A DNA stretch of 64,000 nt from Gekko japonicus (taxonomy: Eukaryota). Location: positions 1,180,853 through 1,244,852 of the forward strand of contig NW_015161956.1 of assembly GCF_001447785.1 (NCBI RefSeq), read 5' to 3'. Of this stretch, positions 37,101 through 49,625 are shown piece after piece. The notes under the pieces are model-generated. The model was not told the origin of the DNA. It searched no databases and saw only the letters and a program-made list of their open reading frames with translations. Positions within the stretch are counted from its first letter, which is position 1; each line of letters opens with the position of its first letter. Made by a program: the position numbers and the translations under genes.

Positions 37101-38483
37101 TGCTGCTGTCCCCCTACAACCCCTGCATCTCTCTTGTTTTGGTACAGAAATGCCAATGATTGTTCCAGCCCCCATGAGCTGGCATCCCCCCCCCCATCAC
37201 AGCTGAGAGGTTGTGCTCAAAGTGCTGCATCTCAGCTGAAGGGGGGAAAGCCTTTGGTGTGTGTGTGTGGAGTTTAACTCCATTTTGAATGCAGTGCTTC
37301 GCTCTTCCTTTCCCAGGACTGGCTGCAGGAGAGCATCCACGTAGATGTTTTGCCCACATCCACCCTGTAGTTCCCCTCGAAGACATAGTAAAGGATTTTT
37401 GTTTTGCACTAACTCAAAGGGGAGAAGTATGGGAGCCCCATGAGTCATGTCAGCATAATACTCTGAGAACCTTACATAAATTTACATTGAGAAACTGGGA
37501 GGGGGAGAAATCCTCATTTTAGTTTTACGTATGTTAACTATGAGAACTGGACAGGAAGGAGTGGCTAATGTTAGCTATTTTGCATTACGTTATTGTGAAA
37601 TAAGCCTGAAATATTACAAGTGTCACAAGCATTGATTAATCCATCATAAAATAGCATGTGCTCTAAAAACAGGTCATTATTTGTGCAAACATCATCCACG
37701 GTATTCATTTATTGCCTGTTGTATTTGGTTGTGCATACCAGTTTCCCATAATTGCAATGGCATGTTACCAAAACTAATGATTGGCATGGGGATGATAAAA
37801 CTGCTGAGCTACTAACATTATAACGGTGATTAAAAATGGTTGTGTATGGTCAATTTTGAGACATCCACACTAGATATTCTTGACTGAAGTGGTAGACTTA
37901 GGACCAAACAGTAGTGTTCAAAATAATTATCCTCTGGGCTATTGTGAGAAAATCCCAAGGTTTAAATTTCATTTTTCAATCTGAATCCAGATTTGAAATG
38001 ACTATTCTACCATTGGCTGAATTTGAGATTTTGAAAGACACTAATCTGGTTGAATTAAACCACTTGAAGTAAGCATTCTACAGAAGCCTTTCTGATGGCC
38101 CATGCAATAATTCAACGTGAGTGTAGACAGAACTTTATTGGATGTTAGGCAGTGTCCTTCCCCATTTATTAAGGTTGTTTACAAGAGACACAGGAGAGGG
38201 GTGAGAGCATAACTCTTAATAAAGAATGCCATCTTCTCACCTGATAGAATGAAGAAGGCCATCTTCTCAAAACTGCAGTATGAGACATGAAGTCAAATAG
38301 CCCAGTACTATGCCTTTTTACTTGGAATCAAATTTTACATCAGTTCAATCGGATTTATTCTCAAGTAAATCTGCATAGGATTGCAGTTTAAGTTTCCTAC
38401 AGCAGCCACTTAGCAAGAAGAGCAACTGTACATATAAAATCTAATTTTCTGAAGCATGTCATTTAGTTTTTATGCTTTTATAA

Positions 38484-38489
38484 AATAAA
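38484..38489 (+). terminator. Candidate TYRO3 polyadenylation signal (alternative candidate: AATAAA at 36041-36046)
   Basis: AATAAA in AT-rich context, with an upstream TGTA and downstream GT/T-rich sequence; no transcript data. Confidence 0.35.
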
Positions 38490-38946
38490 ATATGTACTGT
38501 GTCCTAGAGCTTGTCTTTTATTAATTCCCTGTCATCACTTTGGAATTGCTTTTCATGAGTTTTTGAAAAAGAATTAACCAATGTGGTTGTCCCCATTGCT
38601 TTGAATCAAAATGCACTGCATCAAAGATCTACTGCCATCCCCAGTCTAAAGTGGTAAAGTTGGGGCCAGACTTTCCCAGAGTGCATTGCTATCATGGCCA
38701 GGCAGTTGCCAAGAAACGGTTCCTGCTTTTATGTCAAAATTACTTGCGAGGACTGCATCTTCTGCAGTCTTCCAAAAGTCAACAACATGGAATATTTAAT
38801 GAGATGAGACTGATCTATGAAGGAGTTTAGTTCCTATGCTGGATACTTCTTCTTGTTCTTTCAGTACTGACTTTTATGCAAGAAGAAAGGCTGTCTTGGA
38901 CATACATCTGCTATGTTATTTTGTTTCATGCCAGGAAGACTATACT

Positions 38947-39593
38947 CAGGGGTTGTTTCGTAGAAAAAGAGCTAGGGGAACTCATTAGCATAACTTATTA
39001 GCATATGCCACACCCCCTGACATCACCGGAAGTGTGTCATAAGGCCACACCCCCTGACATCACCGGAAGTGTGTCATAAGGCCACACCCCCTGACATCAC
39101 CGGAAGTGTGTCATAAGGCCCGCTTTGGGGGGGCTTTTTTAAAAAAAATCAGCAATCGCTGTGTCACTATAATGCTAAAATGCTAGAACCAGTTTGGTGT
39201 GCTGGTTAGGAGCATGGACTCTAATCTGGGAAAACCGGATTTGATTCCCCACTCCTCTACATGCAGCTGCTGGTGTGACCTTGGGTCAGTTACAAGTTCT
39301 CTCAGAGCTAGGGTTGCCAAATATGTTTTGGAATGTGCGTGCGCGTCACCTGGAAGTGACGTCGCACGCTGGGGGCAGGGCCACGCCATTTGAGGGGAAA
39401 ACTCTTTTGTTTTCCCCTCAAATGGTGTGGCCCCGCCCAGCGTGTGACGTCACTTCCGGTGATGTTCCGGCGGCGCGCGCGCGCGCGCACACTCAGAAGA
39501 CTCCCGGACGGGAAGGAGCCTCCCCCGCCGGTGAGTCAAATCGATTTGGCAACCCTACTGGGGGAACTGTAATCCCCCCCGAAATGACCTCTG
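38947..39593 (+). mobile_element. Composite hAT MITE containing a 3x37-bp tandem repeat (39007-39120), a Squam3 SINE head (~39186-39308) and an inner TAGGGTTGCCAA MITE (39309-39557)
   Basis: TIRs CAGGGGTTGTTTCG / CGAAATGACCTCTG; perfect 8-bp TSD ACTATACT. Confidence 0.88.
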
Positions 39594-39886
39594 ACTATAC
39601 TATTTAAAAACAGAGACACAGTACTATTTAATGACATTAGGGTAAAATTTTATTCAAGGTATAAGCTTTAGCGTGCAAGCACACTTCTTCTGATACCTCT
39701 CCCTGGACTCAAACTTTGTTCTGCTGCTTCAGACCAACATGGCTATATTGGCCAGAATCTATCTACAGTAAAGCGTCTTAATTTGCTCCTTGGCCTTGAC
39801 ACGTGGAAGGTTCTTTCCACAGTGCTCTAAAATGGAAGTCTCGTGTACATACAGTGGAGCTGACTGATTTTTCCCCCTTCAAAGCT

Positions 39887-42800
39887 TTCAAGTATTGAGG
39901 CAGGAGACGATGAACCATTAACAAAAACCTTTATTCAAGATTGCTTCAGGTCTCGAACAACAACGCTTGCAGTTTCTCTATTTATACCGTTGCACAGTGA
40001 AAGCAAACAACATTGTAACTCTGTATGATAGGCCTGATTGGCCCTAAGTGGAGCCATGTGATTGGTTGCTTCTAGTGTGGCTTTAGGACCAATGAACAAT
40101 CTTTATTCTTCAGCCAATAGTAATGCAAGGATTACGATACCATATTCAAACACAATAACTCAGAACATAACATCCCTCCCCCTTGGTTTAGACAACATAG
40201 TCCTTCAGGCGGGGGGGGGGGGTGCCGTGCCCGTTGGGACCGACGTGGTAAGGGCGTAACCCGTGGAGACTGGACCACAGGAGAATCGTCCCATGGGCTC
40301 ACTCGGCCCCTTGCTGTCCCGCAAAGATTCAGAGTCCAAGCGGCCAAACACCGGCTCACCCATCTGGCTGCGAGCCCTTGTGTTCTGGTTGGGTGACAGC
40401 TCACTGTGTAGACCTGGCGAGGCAGGTGGAGGCGGGAACCCCCTAGCGGTGACTGCTGGCTCAGTCAACTGCAGTTCCCCCTGACGTCCGACAGTCTCCC
40501 AGACAGGAGGTGGCATCGGTAATCCTGGGGTGGCTGGCATCTCCCGAGCGCCAACAAGGTGTGGAGGTGGGAGATCTCCCGAGTCAGCAATCTGTACTGG
40601 GGAGTGTTGCAAATCCTCATTGACAGCAGGAACTGGGGGGTGTTGCAATTCCTCATAGACAGCAGGAACTTAAGAGCGTTGCAAATCCTCATTGACAGCA
40701 GGAACTTGAGAGCGTTGAAAAATCTCATCCTGTCTCAGCCAGCGCCACCTCAGCTGGACGAGGTGCCAGCGGCAGGTTTGCCCTGTGCTGTCCTATACCT
40801 GGTACGAGATCGGCCCAGTGGCCCGGAGAATGGTGGCGGGAACCCAGCGAGGGCCTTCCCCGTAGTTCCAGGCATAGACCAGCTCGCCCGGATTAAACGA
40901 TTTGGTGGTCCTGGATGCGATGGGGTCCCGGCTGCTGTCTGGTGCCAAGTCCAGGTGGAGCCGGCTAAGGAAGGTGGATAGCCGGCGTCCCATGAGCAGC
41001 TCTGCAGGAGACCGACCTGTGGTGGCGTGAGGCGTGGAATGCTGTTGGAAGAGGAAACTGGTGAGGTCGGCACGGAAATCTCCCCCGTTCAGCCTGCAGA
41101 GCGCATCTTTCATAGACCTGACCATTCACTCTGCCTGGCCATTGGTCTCCGGATGGAAAGGGGCAGAGGTGATGTGCTGTATTCCCCGCTTGTCCACGAA
41201 GTTCTGGAACTCAGCGGAGGAGAATTGAGACCCGTTGTCGGAGACGATAAGGTCCAGTAGGCCGAAGGTAGCGAAAAGTGATCCAAATGACACGTGACGT
41301 CATTGAAGACACCTGGAACACCTCCAGCCACTTGGAGAATGCGTGGATGACCAGGAGAAGCGTTCTGCACCAGAAAGGCCCCACAAAATCGATGTGAATT
41401 CACGACCAAGGACCCCACGGCTTTTCCCAGGGGTGAACAGGGACAGCAGGTTCCTCCGGGCCTCAACTCTTGGCAGCGCTGGCAAGCTCGAACCCAGAGA
41501 TGTATGGCGTTGTCTAGGCCCGGCCACCACACGTATCCCCTCGCAATCGCCTTCATCTTCACAATCCCGGGATGACCAGCATGCAAGGCCTCCAGCACCT
41601 TGGTTCTGAGCGTAGGAGGGCCAATGACACGGTTTCCCCACAGGAGACACCCTTTACTGACCAACAATTCTGAAGCGCAAGACTGGAATGGCTGGAACTC
41701 AGCCTCGAGCTTCCCAGGCGGCCACCCCTGCCACACGAAGTTGAGAACTCTGCCAAGGGTCTGGTCACGGCGGGTCTGGAATGCGATGTCAGCCATGGCC
41801 AGTGGAGGCTGAGGAAGTTCCTCGATGAGAAGTGTTTCTTGCGCCGGAACCTCGTGCTCACTTGGCAGTGGCAGGCGGCTGAGGCCATCGGCATGCCCAA
41901 TGGATTTCCCTGGCCGGTGGACCAGGGTGAAATCATAGGCGGCCAGCAGGATGGTCCATCGCATCATCCGCGGAGACATGATTTGCGGGGTTTGACGGCT
42001 GCATGTGAAGATGCCGAGCAACGGCTTGTGGTCAGTGACGATCTCAAACTCCCGGCCATAAATGAAATCGTGGAACTTTTTTACGGCAGCGATAATGGCC
42101 AGTGCTTCCCGATCGATTTGGGCATAGTTCCTTTCAGCAGCAGAGAGCATCCTGGAGTAGAAGATGATGGGGGCTTCTCGCCCCAAAGGCAGCCGATGGC
42201 TGAGTACCGCCCCGATTCCATAGGGGGATGCGTCACACGACAACACGAGCGGTTCTTTCTCGTCATAGGGAACGAGGACCCTATTGGAGACTAGCAAAGT
42301 CTTGATGGCTTGGAAAGCGGCATGTTCCCTATGGCCCCACGCCCACAGAGCATTCTTGTCCAACAGTCTATGGAGCGGTTCTGCGACAGCTGCTTTGTTT
42401 GGTAAAAAAAGTGTGATAGAAATTGAGGAGCCCTAAAAAGGACTGCAGCTCTTTCTTCAATTTAGGCGGGGGTGCATTTCGGATAGCGGTGACCTTGTTG
42501 GGGGCAGGGTGTATGCCGTCTTTGTCCAAAACAAACCCAAGGAATTGCACAGTTGGTACGAAAAACTCAAATTTCTCCTTCTTCACACGCAGGCCGACCT
42601 TCTGTAACCGATGGAGGACTTCTCGCACTCGGGCAGACAGCTCGATACTGGAGGACCCTGTGATCAATACATCATCAAAATAAGGAACAACACCTGGTAT
42701 CCCTTTGAGGAGGTGCTTCATCAATTCCTGAAAAATGCCGGGGGCGACGCTGACTCCAAACTGCAGACGATTCACCTTGAAGGCACCCCGGTGCGTTACG

Positions 42801-43960
42801 ATTGTTTGTGCCTCCGCAGTGGCAGCGTCGACAGGGAGTTGCTGATATGCTTGCGCGAGGTCGATTTTCGCGAACACCTTGCCCCCAGAGATGGAGGCCA
42901 GCAGATGACTCACCACAGGGACCGGATAAGCATGTGGTTGCAAGGCCTTGTTGAGGGTGCACTTGTAGTCTGCACACAGACGGATGGAGCCATCTGGTTT
43001 GATGGGCGTGACGATCGGGGTGTCCCACTTCGCATTGGGAACTGGCTCCAATATGCCCTGAGCAATCAGCTTATCCAATTGTTCATCGATGCGTGCCTTG
43101 AGTGGAATGGCGCTTCGGCGTGGCTTCAGGCGAATGGGTGGAATGGCTGGGTTTAGGTTGAGGGATATTGAAGGCCCCTTGTAGCAGCCGAGTGTGGAGC
43201 TGAACACCTCCGGAAACTCCTCTGCGAAATTGGCAGCACTATCGAGTTCGGTGTGGTTTATGCCGACAACGTTGATGTCTAGTGCAGCGAACCAGTCTAG
43301 GCCAATGAGGCTCGTCTGGCGGCCCTCGATGACGAGCAGGTTGAGATGGCCATTGAAAGTCTTGTTTCTGTTAGTTACCAACTAGTTAAAAGTTGAAGGC
43401 TGCACTCTTGCAAATGGTGTGCAGGGTACCTCGGACAGATCTGGTGGAAGGTAGCCCATGACACGATTGACAGGGCGGAGCCAGAGTCCACTTCCATTTG
43501 GCAAGCACGACCTTCGATATATACAGTCACCTTGATTTTAGGGCAGGTATGCAGGCCCTGATGATTGTACAAATGGTTTGTGTAGTCTTTGGGAGAACTA
43601 GCCTTATTGCTGTACAGCGACCTCCGATCAAACGAACGAGGGAACGATCGTTGGTGCCTGCCGGAGGAACCCTCTGGACGACGGGACTTGTCAGACGCAG
43701 GACGGCCCTTTGATCAACAGACCTTAGCAAGGTGACCTTTCTTTCCGCATGAATGACAGATGGCCTCACGGAAATGACAGTCCCTTTGGGCATGCGCCCC
43801 ACCGCAGCCAACACAACCTCCCGTTCGCGGGCTTTTTCGAGAGCGGCACGGTTTCTGGTTGGCCCTCATTCGATACACGCCATCATCGGATGAGTCTGAG
43901 CAGTCGTCACTAGCGTCGGCCTGGTCTGTGCTGGCACCCTGGTGGATGGCATCAGTGCAG
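39887..43960 (-). mobile_element. Ty3/Gypsy element C (Mag-like), 5'-truncated; 3'LTR ~39887-40172
   Basis: Knuckles CVGCGGAHAQRDC and CHSCGKKGHLAKVC; protease VDSGS; RT YFDD; RNase H CDASPYG and TDHKPL; integrase HPGI...CQRCQ; PPT AAGGGGGAGGGA next to the LTR; 36-bp tandem repeat at 40596-40728. Confidence 0.92.
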
Positions 43961-43961
43961 C

Positions 43962-46550
43962 ATGACACGTGACCATCTTCAAGCTGAAGCCAATTATGAG
44001 ATCCTTTTGACTCATATAAATGAGTTGTTAAAACATAAATATCAGGGCATCAAACCAAATCAATTTGTCCAACCTGCTAATAGCTCTTGGTTTGATAAAG
44101 AATGCAAAGAACTGAAATCTCATCTACGCACCATTTATTGCAAATTCTGTAATTCTTCACTCTCTTATCTCCCTGAAAAATATCAAACATGCAAAAATCA
44201 CTTTAAAAACCTTATCAAAATCAAGAGGAGTACCTTTGTCAAAAAACAGTGGAAGCGATTACTAACTGCTGTCTCCCACAATGATTTAAAGCAATTTTGG
44301 GCATTAGTTAATACAGCACTCAGACCAGGAACTCCCAGCCCCTCTGTCATTTCTCCTTCTACTTGGTACCAACATTTTTCCGACTTATTTCAGGAGGAGG
44401 TTCTAGGTGCTTCCCATATTACCAACCTTGCCTTGGAAGATATGCCTGAATGGCCCCTTGTAACTCCTGAAGAAGTTGTTTCTCTTAGTGACCAACTAAA
44501 ATCAGGCAAAGCACCTGGTCCTGACATACCTGTGGAAATCCTAAAAGCTGGTCCTGAATGGTGGGCACCCCCTCTGGCTGCTTTTCCCCCCATGGTAAAT
44601 TCAACAGGTCATATGCCTACAGCACGGACTAATGCAGTTATAGTTCCAGTTTTTAAGAAGGGTGACCACTCAAATCTTGCAAATTTTAAGCATATCAGCC
44701 TTCTTTCTGTTATTGGCAAACTGTATGCTAAATTATTACAAAACAAACTTCATAATTGGCTAACAATTCAGAAATTTATTGGCCCAGAGCAAATTGGCTT
44801 TAGGCAGGGGAAATACACTCTGGACCACTGTTTGGTTCTTTCCCTCTTAGTTAATAAGTATACAGGGCGCAGAAGATCCAAATTATATGTGCTATTTCTG
44901 GATCTTAAAGGGGCCTTTGACTGTATCCCTAGGAATCACCTCTGGCAGAAGATGGCTAATACTTCCCTAGACAAGAGGCTCCTTTTTCTGATTAGTAGAC
45001 TATATACGTCCACCTCATGTCAAATCAGATACTCTGTTTCAGGGAGATAAACCCCAAAAATTTCTACCAGCAAAGGAGTCAAACAGAGCTGCGTTCTTGC
45101 TCCCCTTCTTCTCAACTTTTTCCTAAGCGATCTTGCCCCCTTTTTGGCCCAAGTTGGATGGCCATAGTCCCAAACTGGGTTCCACTAACATCCCAATTTT
45201 GCTTTATGCAGATGATGCGGTCCTATTGTCATGCTCCCATGTGGGTTTGCGCCGCTTATTGAACTGCTGCCAAGAGTACTGTAAAATCAACCAATTAGAA
45301 CTTAACGATGGAAAATCGTGTTAGTCTTCTCCAAATCTAGGAAGCAATTTACTTGGAAGGTGGGCGACCACAAGCTCAAACAAGTAAAACATTTTAAGTA
45401 CTTAGGTTTGCATTTCCAAGCTTGGACCCAACAATGTAGAGTAACAATTAACAATGCTGAAACAAATATTAATGCACTTTTGCGTTTTTATTTTTCTGAA
45501 AGAGGAAACCAATATGTTCCAGCCGCACTAAAAATCTTTAACCTGAAAATAGGTCCTCAATTACTTTACGGAGCCCCTATCAGGATTGAATCAATAAATA
45601 AGGCAGTTGAGCAAGTGCATTCAGGCTTTCTTTGGAAGATCTTGGGTATTCCATCATGTGTCCCATATGCGGCTTTATCCCTAGAATGTGGCCAAAATCT
45701 TATGGCTACAAGGACGTGGCTTACGACCTTTAAGTTTTGGCTTTGATTACATTATAGATCTGATCCCTCTAGCTACTGCATCCAACTCTTGACTGAAACT
45801 AACTATTCCCCTTGGCTGGTCATTATTGAAAATAAATTAAGAACACTGAATATCTCCTTCGAATCTTTGCTCCCACTTTCAGAATTGAAGGCAATGCAAA
45901 CAATAAGGGACAGACTATTTGAGGCAGAGCAGTTTGAACTATATAACGCAGCTAATAAGACATGTTCTCCCGTAAATCATGGGATATTGCCCATTGTGGG
46001 TCATCCTGCTAGCTATCTTTACCACCTTCAGACCAGCATTATGTAGAACCTTTTCACTTGCTAGGTTCAACGCTCTCCCTTCAGTAATTTTAACTGGGAG
46101 CTTTAATAGTATTCCTTTCGTTAACAGACTATGCCCCTGTGCAAGTGGGTCTATTGAAACAGTATGTCATGTGTTACTGGAATGTTGTTGTTATGCCAAC
46201 GTTTGGCACAACATTTTATCGCCATTACTTGGTGGCATCACAGAGCTTCCTGAGTCACATAAACTGCTATATCTACTAAACAACATTGATGAAAATATAA
46301 CTGACACAGTGGCAAAGTTCTTTCAGGTTGCTCTTTTTACACATACTACAGTATTGTAACACAAAACTTGTTTTTGGGAGATATGGAAGTGAGACTTATT
46401 TATATGGATTTTAGATTATTTTAGAACGGGGTGTTGTTCTTTTTCCTTCCCCCCCAGTTGGTATATGTGCCTTATGTTTTATTTATTTATCTATTTGTGT
46501 ATTTTCTCCAATGTCAATGCCAATAAAAGTAACTGAACTGAACTGAACTG
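43962..46550 (+). mobile_element. 5'-truncated RTE-X-like LINE (RT and C-terminal domain)
   Basis: KAPGPD, FLDLKGAFD, LLYADD, RLCPC...ETVCHVLLEC; AATAAA plus (AACTG)n tail. Confidence 0.9.
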
Positions 46551-47074
46551 TACCCAGTACACAACCTTTGTAATTGATTATGCACACACAAGAAAACTCT
46601 GCAACTTGATCCTTGGCATCTCTAGGTTTTGATGCCAATGCCCTGAGGGCGCTAAGGTTCTTTGGCTTCTGTGGCTAGCTGATAAACCACACAGTTAAAA
46701 CAATCATCCAGGTAGTAAAGGGTAACAAAATAATTTATTCGAATAAAGGAACACCTTACAGCTCGTAGATGTTCAATGTGTTACAGCCAGGAGCTTGCTT
46801 ATCTACTCTTCTTGCTCCTCCTAACTTTACATCATCATTTGACATCATTTAGACATGCTCAGTTCAGATTTCTTTCTCTGGTCAGTCATCAATCACATAT
46901 TTGACACACAGGATGTTACTTGGCCACATCTCAACTCCTACAATGCAGGTGCACTGCTCATTATGTTGATTTATATTTCTTTTGGCTGTTCTCCTAGACT
47001 CTTTTCACCTTTGAATGAACTCTCAGGCTGAGTTCATTTTTAGTACAAAACTTAGATGTTTAAATTACAAAAAT

Positions 47075-47717
47075 GGTTCACCGCGAGGAGCGGTGGAGCA
47101 GGCTGGAAAAGCCTGCAGGTAATTCTATCTACGAACTAGCCACAAGGCTAGTTTGAGTCCCACCACAGCCGGGGTGAGCTCCCGGCCCTCGTCCTAGCTC
47201 CCGCCCACATAGCGGTTTGAAAGCTTGTAAGTAGATAAATGGGTACCTGCCTTAGGTGCAGGGGGCCACCCGCCTTCCGGTGGAACGGCGTTGGAGAGGA
47301 GCGCGGTGTCGACAATCCGGCAATTCAGCAGAGAATGGCGGCAACAATAACATCGAGCAGTGAGCATTCCAGGTCGAGGACTGGTCTGGAGACGCGGCGA
47401 CGCGGCAGCACAAGCACGGCCGGAGCCAATTAGGACAGTGGCCGATGCAGAAAAGCTGTCGCACAGCCGCGGACAACGGAACCACCCAGAGGAGCCGCTG
47501 CGGAGCTGAGCCAAAAAAGACATCTACCGCGCAGAATCGAAGGAGAGAAGAGCCGCGGAGGAGGAAACATCAAAAATAGCCGGTAGGGTGCCTGATAGGC
47601 ATTCACCTCCCCAAGACTATGTGGCCCTAGTGAGGAGTTGTAATGTATGTAAACTGCTCAGAGACCCTTCGGGCTTAGAGCGGTATAGAAACAAATAAAA
47701 AAAAATTAAAAATAATA
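47075..47717 (+). mobile_element. Long CpG-rich chimeric SINE: Sauria-like head and body, unique core, L2/Squam3-like tail
   Basis: B-box-like GTTTGAGTCC at 47151; 47170-47250 aligns to the Sauria SINE body; 3' end tgtaaactgctcagagacc...gagcggtatagaaacaaataaa. Confidence 0.7.
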
Positions 47718-48590
47718 CATGCATATAAAAGTATAACAATATTGTTAAAGCATTTTATAAACTTATTTTCACTAAAAGGTATACGAAATATGAGAATATA
47801 TATCATTACAATGACATTCTAAAGAATTAAACCTTTTACATGAATTCTTTTAGTGTTTTAAAGTAGCCTATGGCATAAACCTCTTGTAGATGCACTGAAT
47901 CTATCAGTTTTTATTTGGTCCATCAGAATATTTTTGATAATTTTATAAAGCCATTTTTGTCTAAATTAAACTTTTAATTTGTGAAATACACCACCTTATT
48001 TTAGCCAGCAGAGGGTCCTCTTTTATAATACAAGTTCTACATTTTTAACTGACCCTTTTAATTGGCTTTCAGGTGTGCATGATTTATTATTTTGTTTTCT
48101 TAAACCTTTTGGAACATCTCCCAACCTTTTGCTTGTTAGTCCTTTTAACTTAGCTTCTTTAGTTGACCTGTCCATGATTAATGTCTTCCATTTTGGCTGG
48201 GCTCCCTACACACCTGGTCAGCCCTTGGTCATTTTCCAACTCTTGTTCTTGTCAACAGCTTGTTAGCTTTAAACACATTTCATTATTAGAAAATTAAAAC
48301 CTTAACTAGTTTTCTTCTTTTTCATTAAACAAACAAAAACATTTTATCCATAAGCTGTCATTCTCAGCTATAAACATTCAGAGATATTTACTCTTTTAAC
48401 AATTATTCTTTGCTATAAAAGCACCTTAAAAACTTAGATCTATTTTACATGGAAAGTACAACTGGACTTCTATTCAACCCTATTAATTTCGACATCCTTA
48501 GCTTGTGGATCCTTGCCAGGTCAGTTTTTATAAAAACATCTTGACCAAAAAACATCTTAACCAATTATCCTTTGAAGTGAAGGATGGAAC

Positions 48591-49625
48591 ATCAATCTCT
48601 TAACTGACAATTAATGCTTTCTGTTATTCCAATTAAAAATGCAAACAAAATCTTTTCATCTTTATAATAATGCTAAGAAGGCAAACATATATAAAGATAT
48701 TGCTTATAGACTCCAATAATAATATGTCAAAACATCCCAAACTTAAAGAGTAACTTAATATTAGCTTTTCTCATTTAAAGTTGCTAAAAATCATAAACTT
48801 TTCACCTTTCTTTGAAGTATAAGATTTCATCATAAATCTTGAACATTTATTGTGTCATCCCAATTAAAAGAGCTGATGCAAAAACACCTGTTCATTAAAC
48901 CTCAAACAGACTTAGTTTAGGCTTACCAAGTGGCGGCGGGGGATCCGCATGTCTTTACAGGATCCCTGCCGTGGGGACGGCGATACGCATTGCACCAGCC
49001 GTCGCCAGGATGTGACGCTACGCGTCGCTCTGGCAATGGGACTCCAAACAGCCCCGTAGCGTCACATCCTGGCAACGGCGGTGCAATGCGTATCGCCGTC
49101 CCCACGGCAGGGATCCTGTAAAGACATGCGGATCCCCCGCCGCCACTTGGTAAGCCTAAACTAAGTCTGTTTGAGGTTTAATGAACAGGTGTTTTTGCAT
49201 CAGCTCTTTTAATTGGGATGACACAATAAATGTTCAAGATTTATGATGAAATCTTATACTTCAAAGAAAGGTGAAAAGTTTATGATTTTTAGCAACTTTA
49301 AATGAGAAAAGCTAATATTAAGTTACTCTTTAAGTTTGGGATGTTTTGACATATCAATCTCTTAACTGACAATTAATGCTTTCTGTTATTCCAATTAAAA
49401 ATGCAAACAAAATCTTTTCATCTTTATAATAATGCTAAGAAGGCAAACATATATAAAGATATTGCTTATAGACTCCAATAATAATATGTCAAAACATCCC
49501 AAACTTAAAGAGTAACTTAATATTAGCTTTTCTCATTTAAAGTTGCTAAAAATCATAAACTTTTCACCTTTCTTTGAAGTATAAGATTTCATCATAAATC
49601 TTGAACATTTATTGTGTCATCCCAA
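48591..49625. repeat. Long inverted repeat (arms 48722-49022 and 49055-49354, 32-bp spacer) plus a 273-bp direct duplication (48591-48863 = 49353-49625)
   Basis: The arms differ by 1 substitution and 1 indel. Segment 48722-48863 is present three times (+,-,+). Confidence 0.95.
48918..49158. mobile_element. Palindromic MITE (TAGGCTTACCAAG...CTTGGTAAGCCTA) at the centre of the inverted repeat
   Basis: GC-rich hairpin element in AT-rich DNA; termini resemble the TAGGGTTGCCAA MITEs elsewhere in the window. Confidence 0.7.

Noticed and set aside
39007-39120. CRISPR-like appearance of 36-37-bp repeats (also 40596-40728)
   Set aside because: Head-to-tail repeats without unique spacers, inside eukaryotic transposons
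39655-39700. Penelope-type minimal hammerhead ribozyme on the minus strand (related relics near 21655, 50340 and 57920)
   Set aside because: The catalytic core is mutated here (CAGAAGA for CUGANGA, UAAA for GAAA). The other relics have deletions or lack helix I pairing, so they are treated as dead repeat remnants.
47720-48917. AT-rich 1.2-kb tract, possibly an old ERV or LINE interior
   Set aside because: No ORF, termini or motif allowing classification
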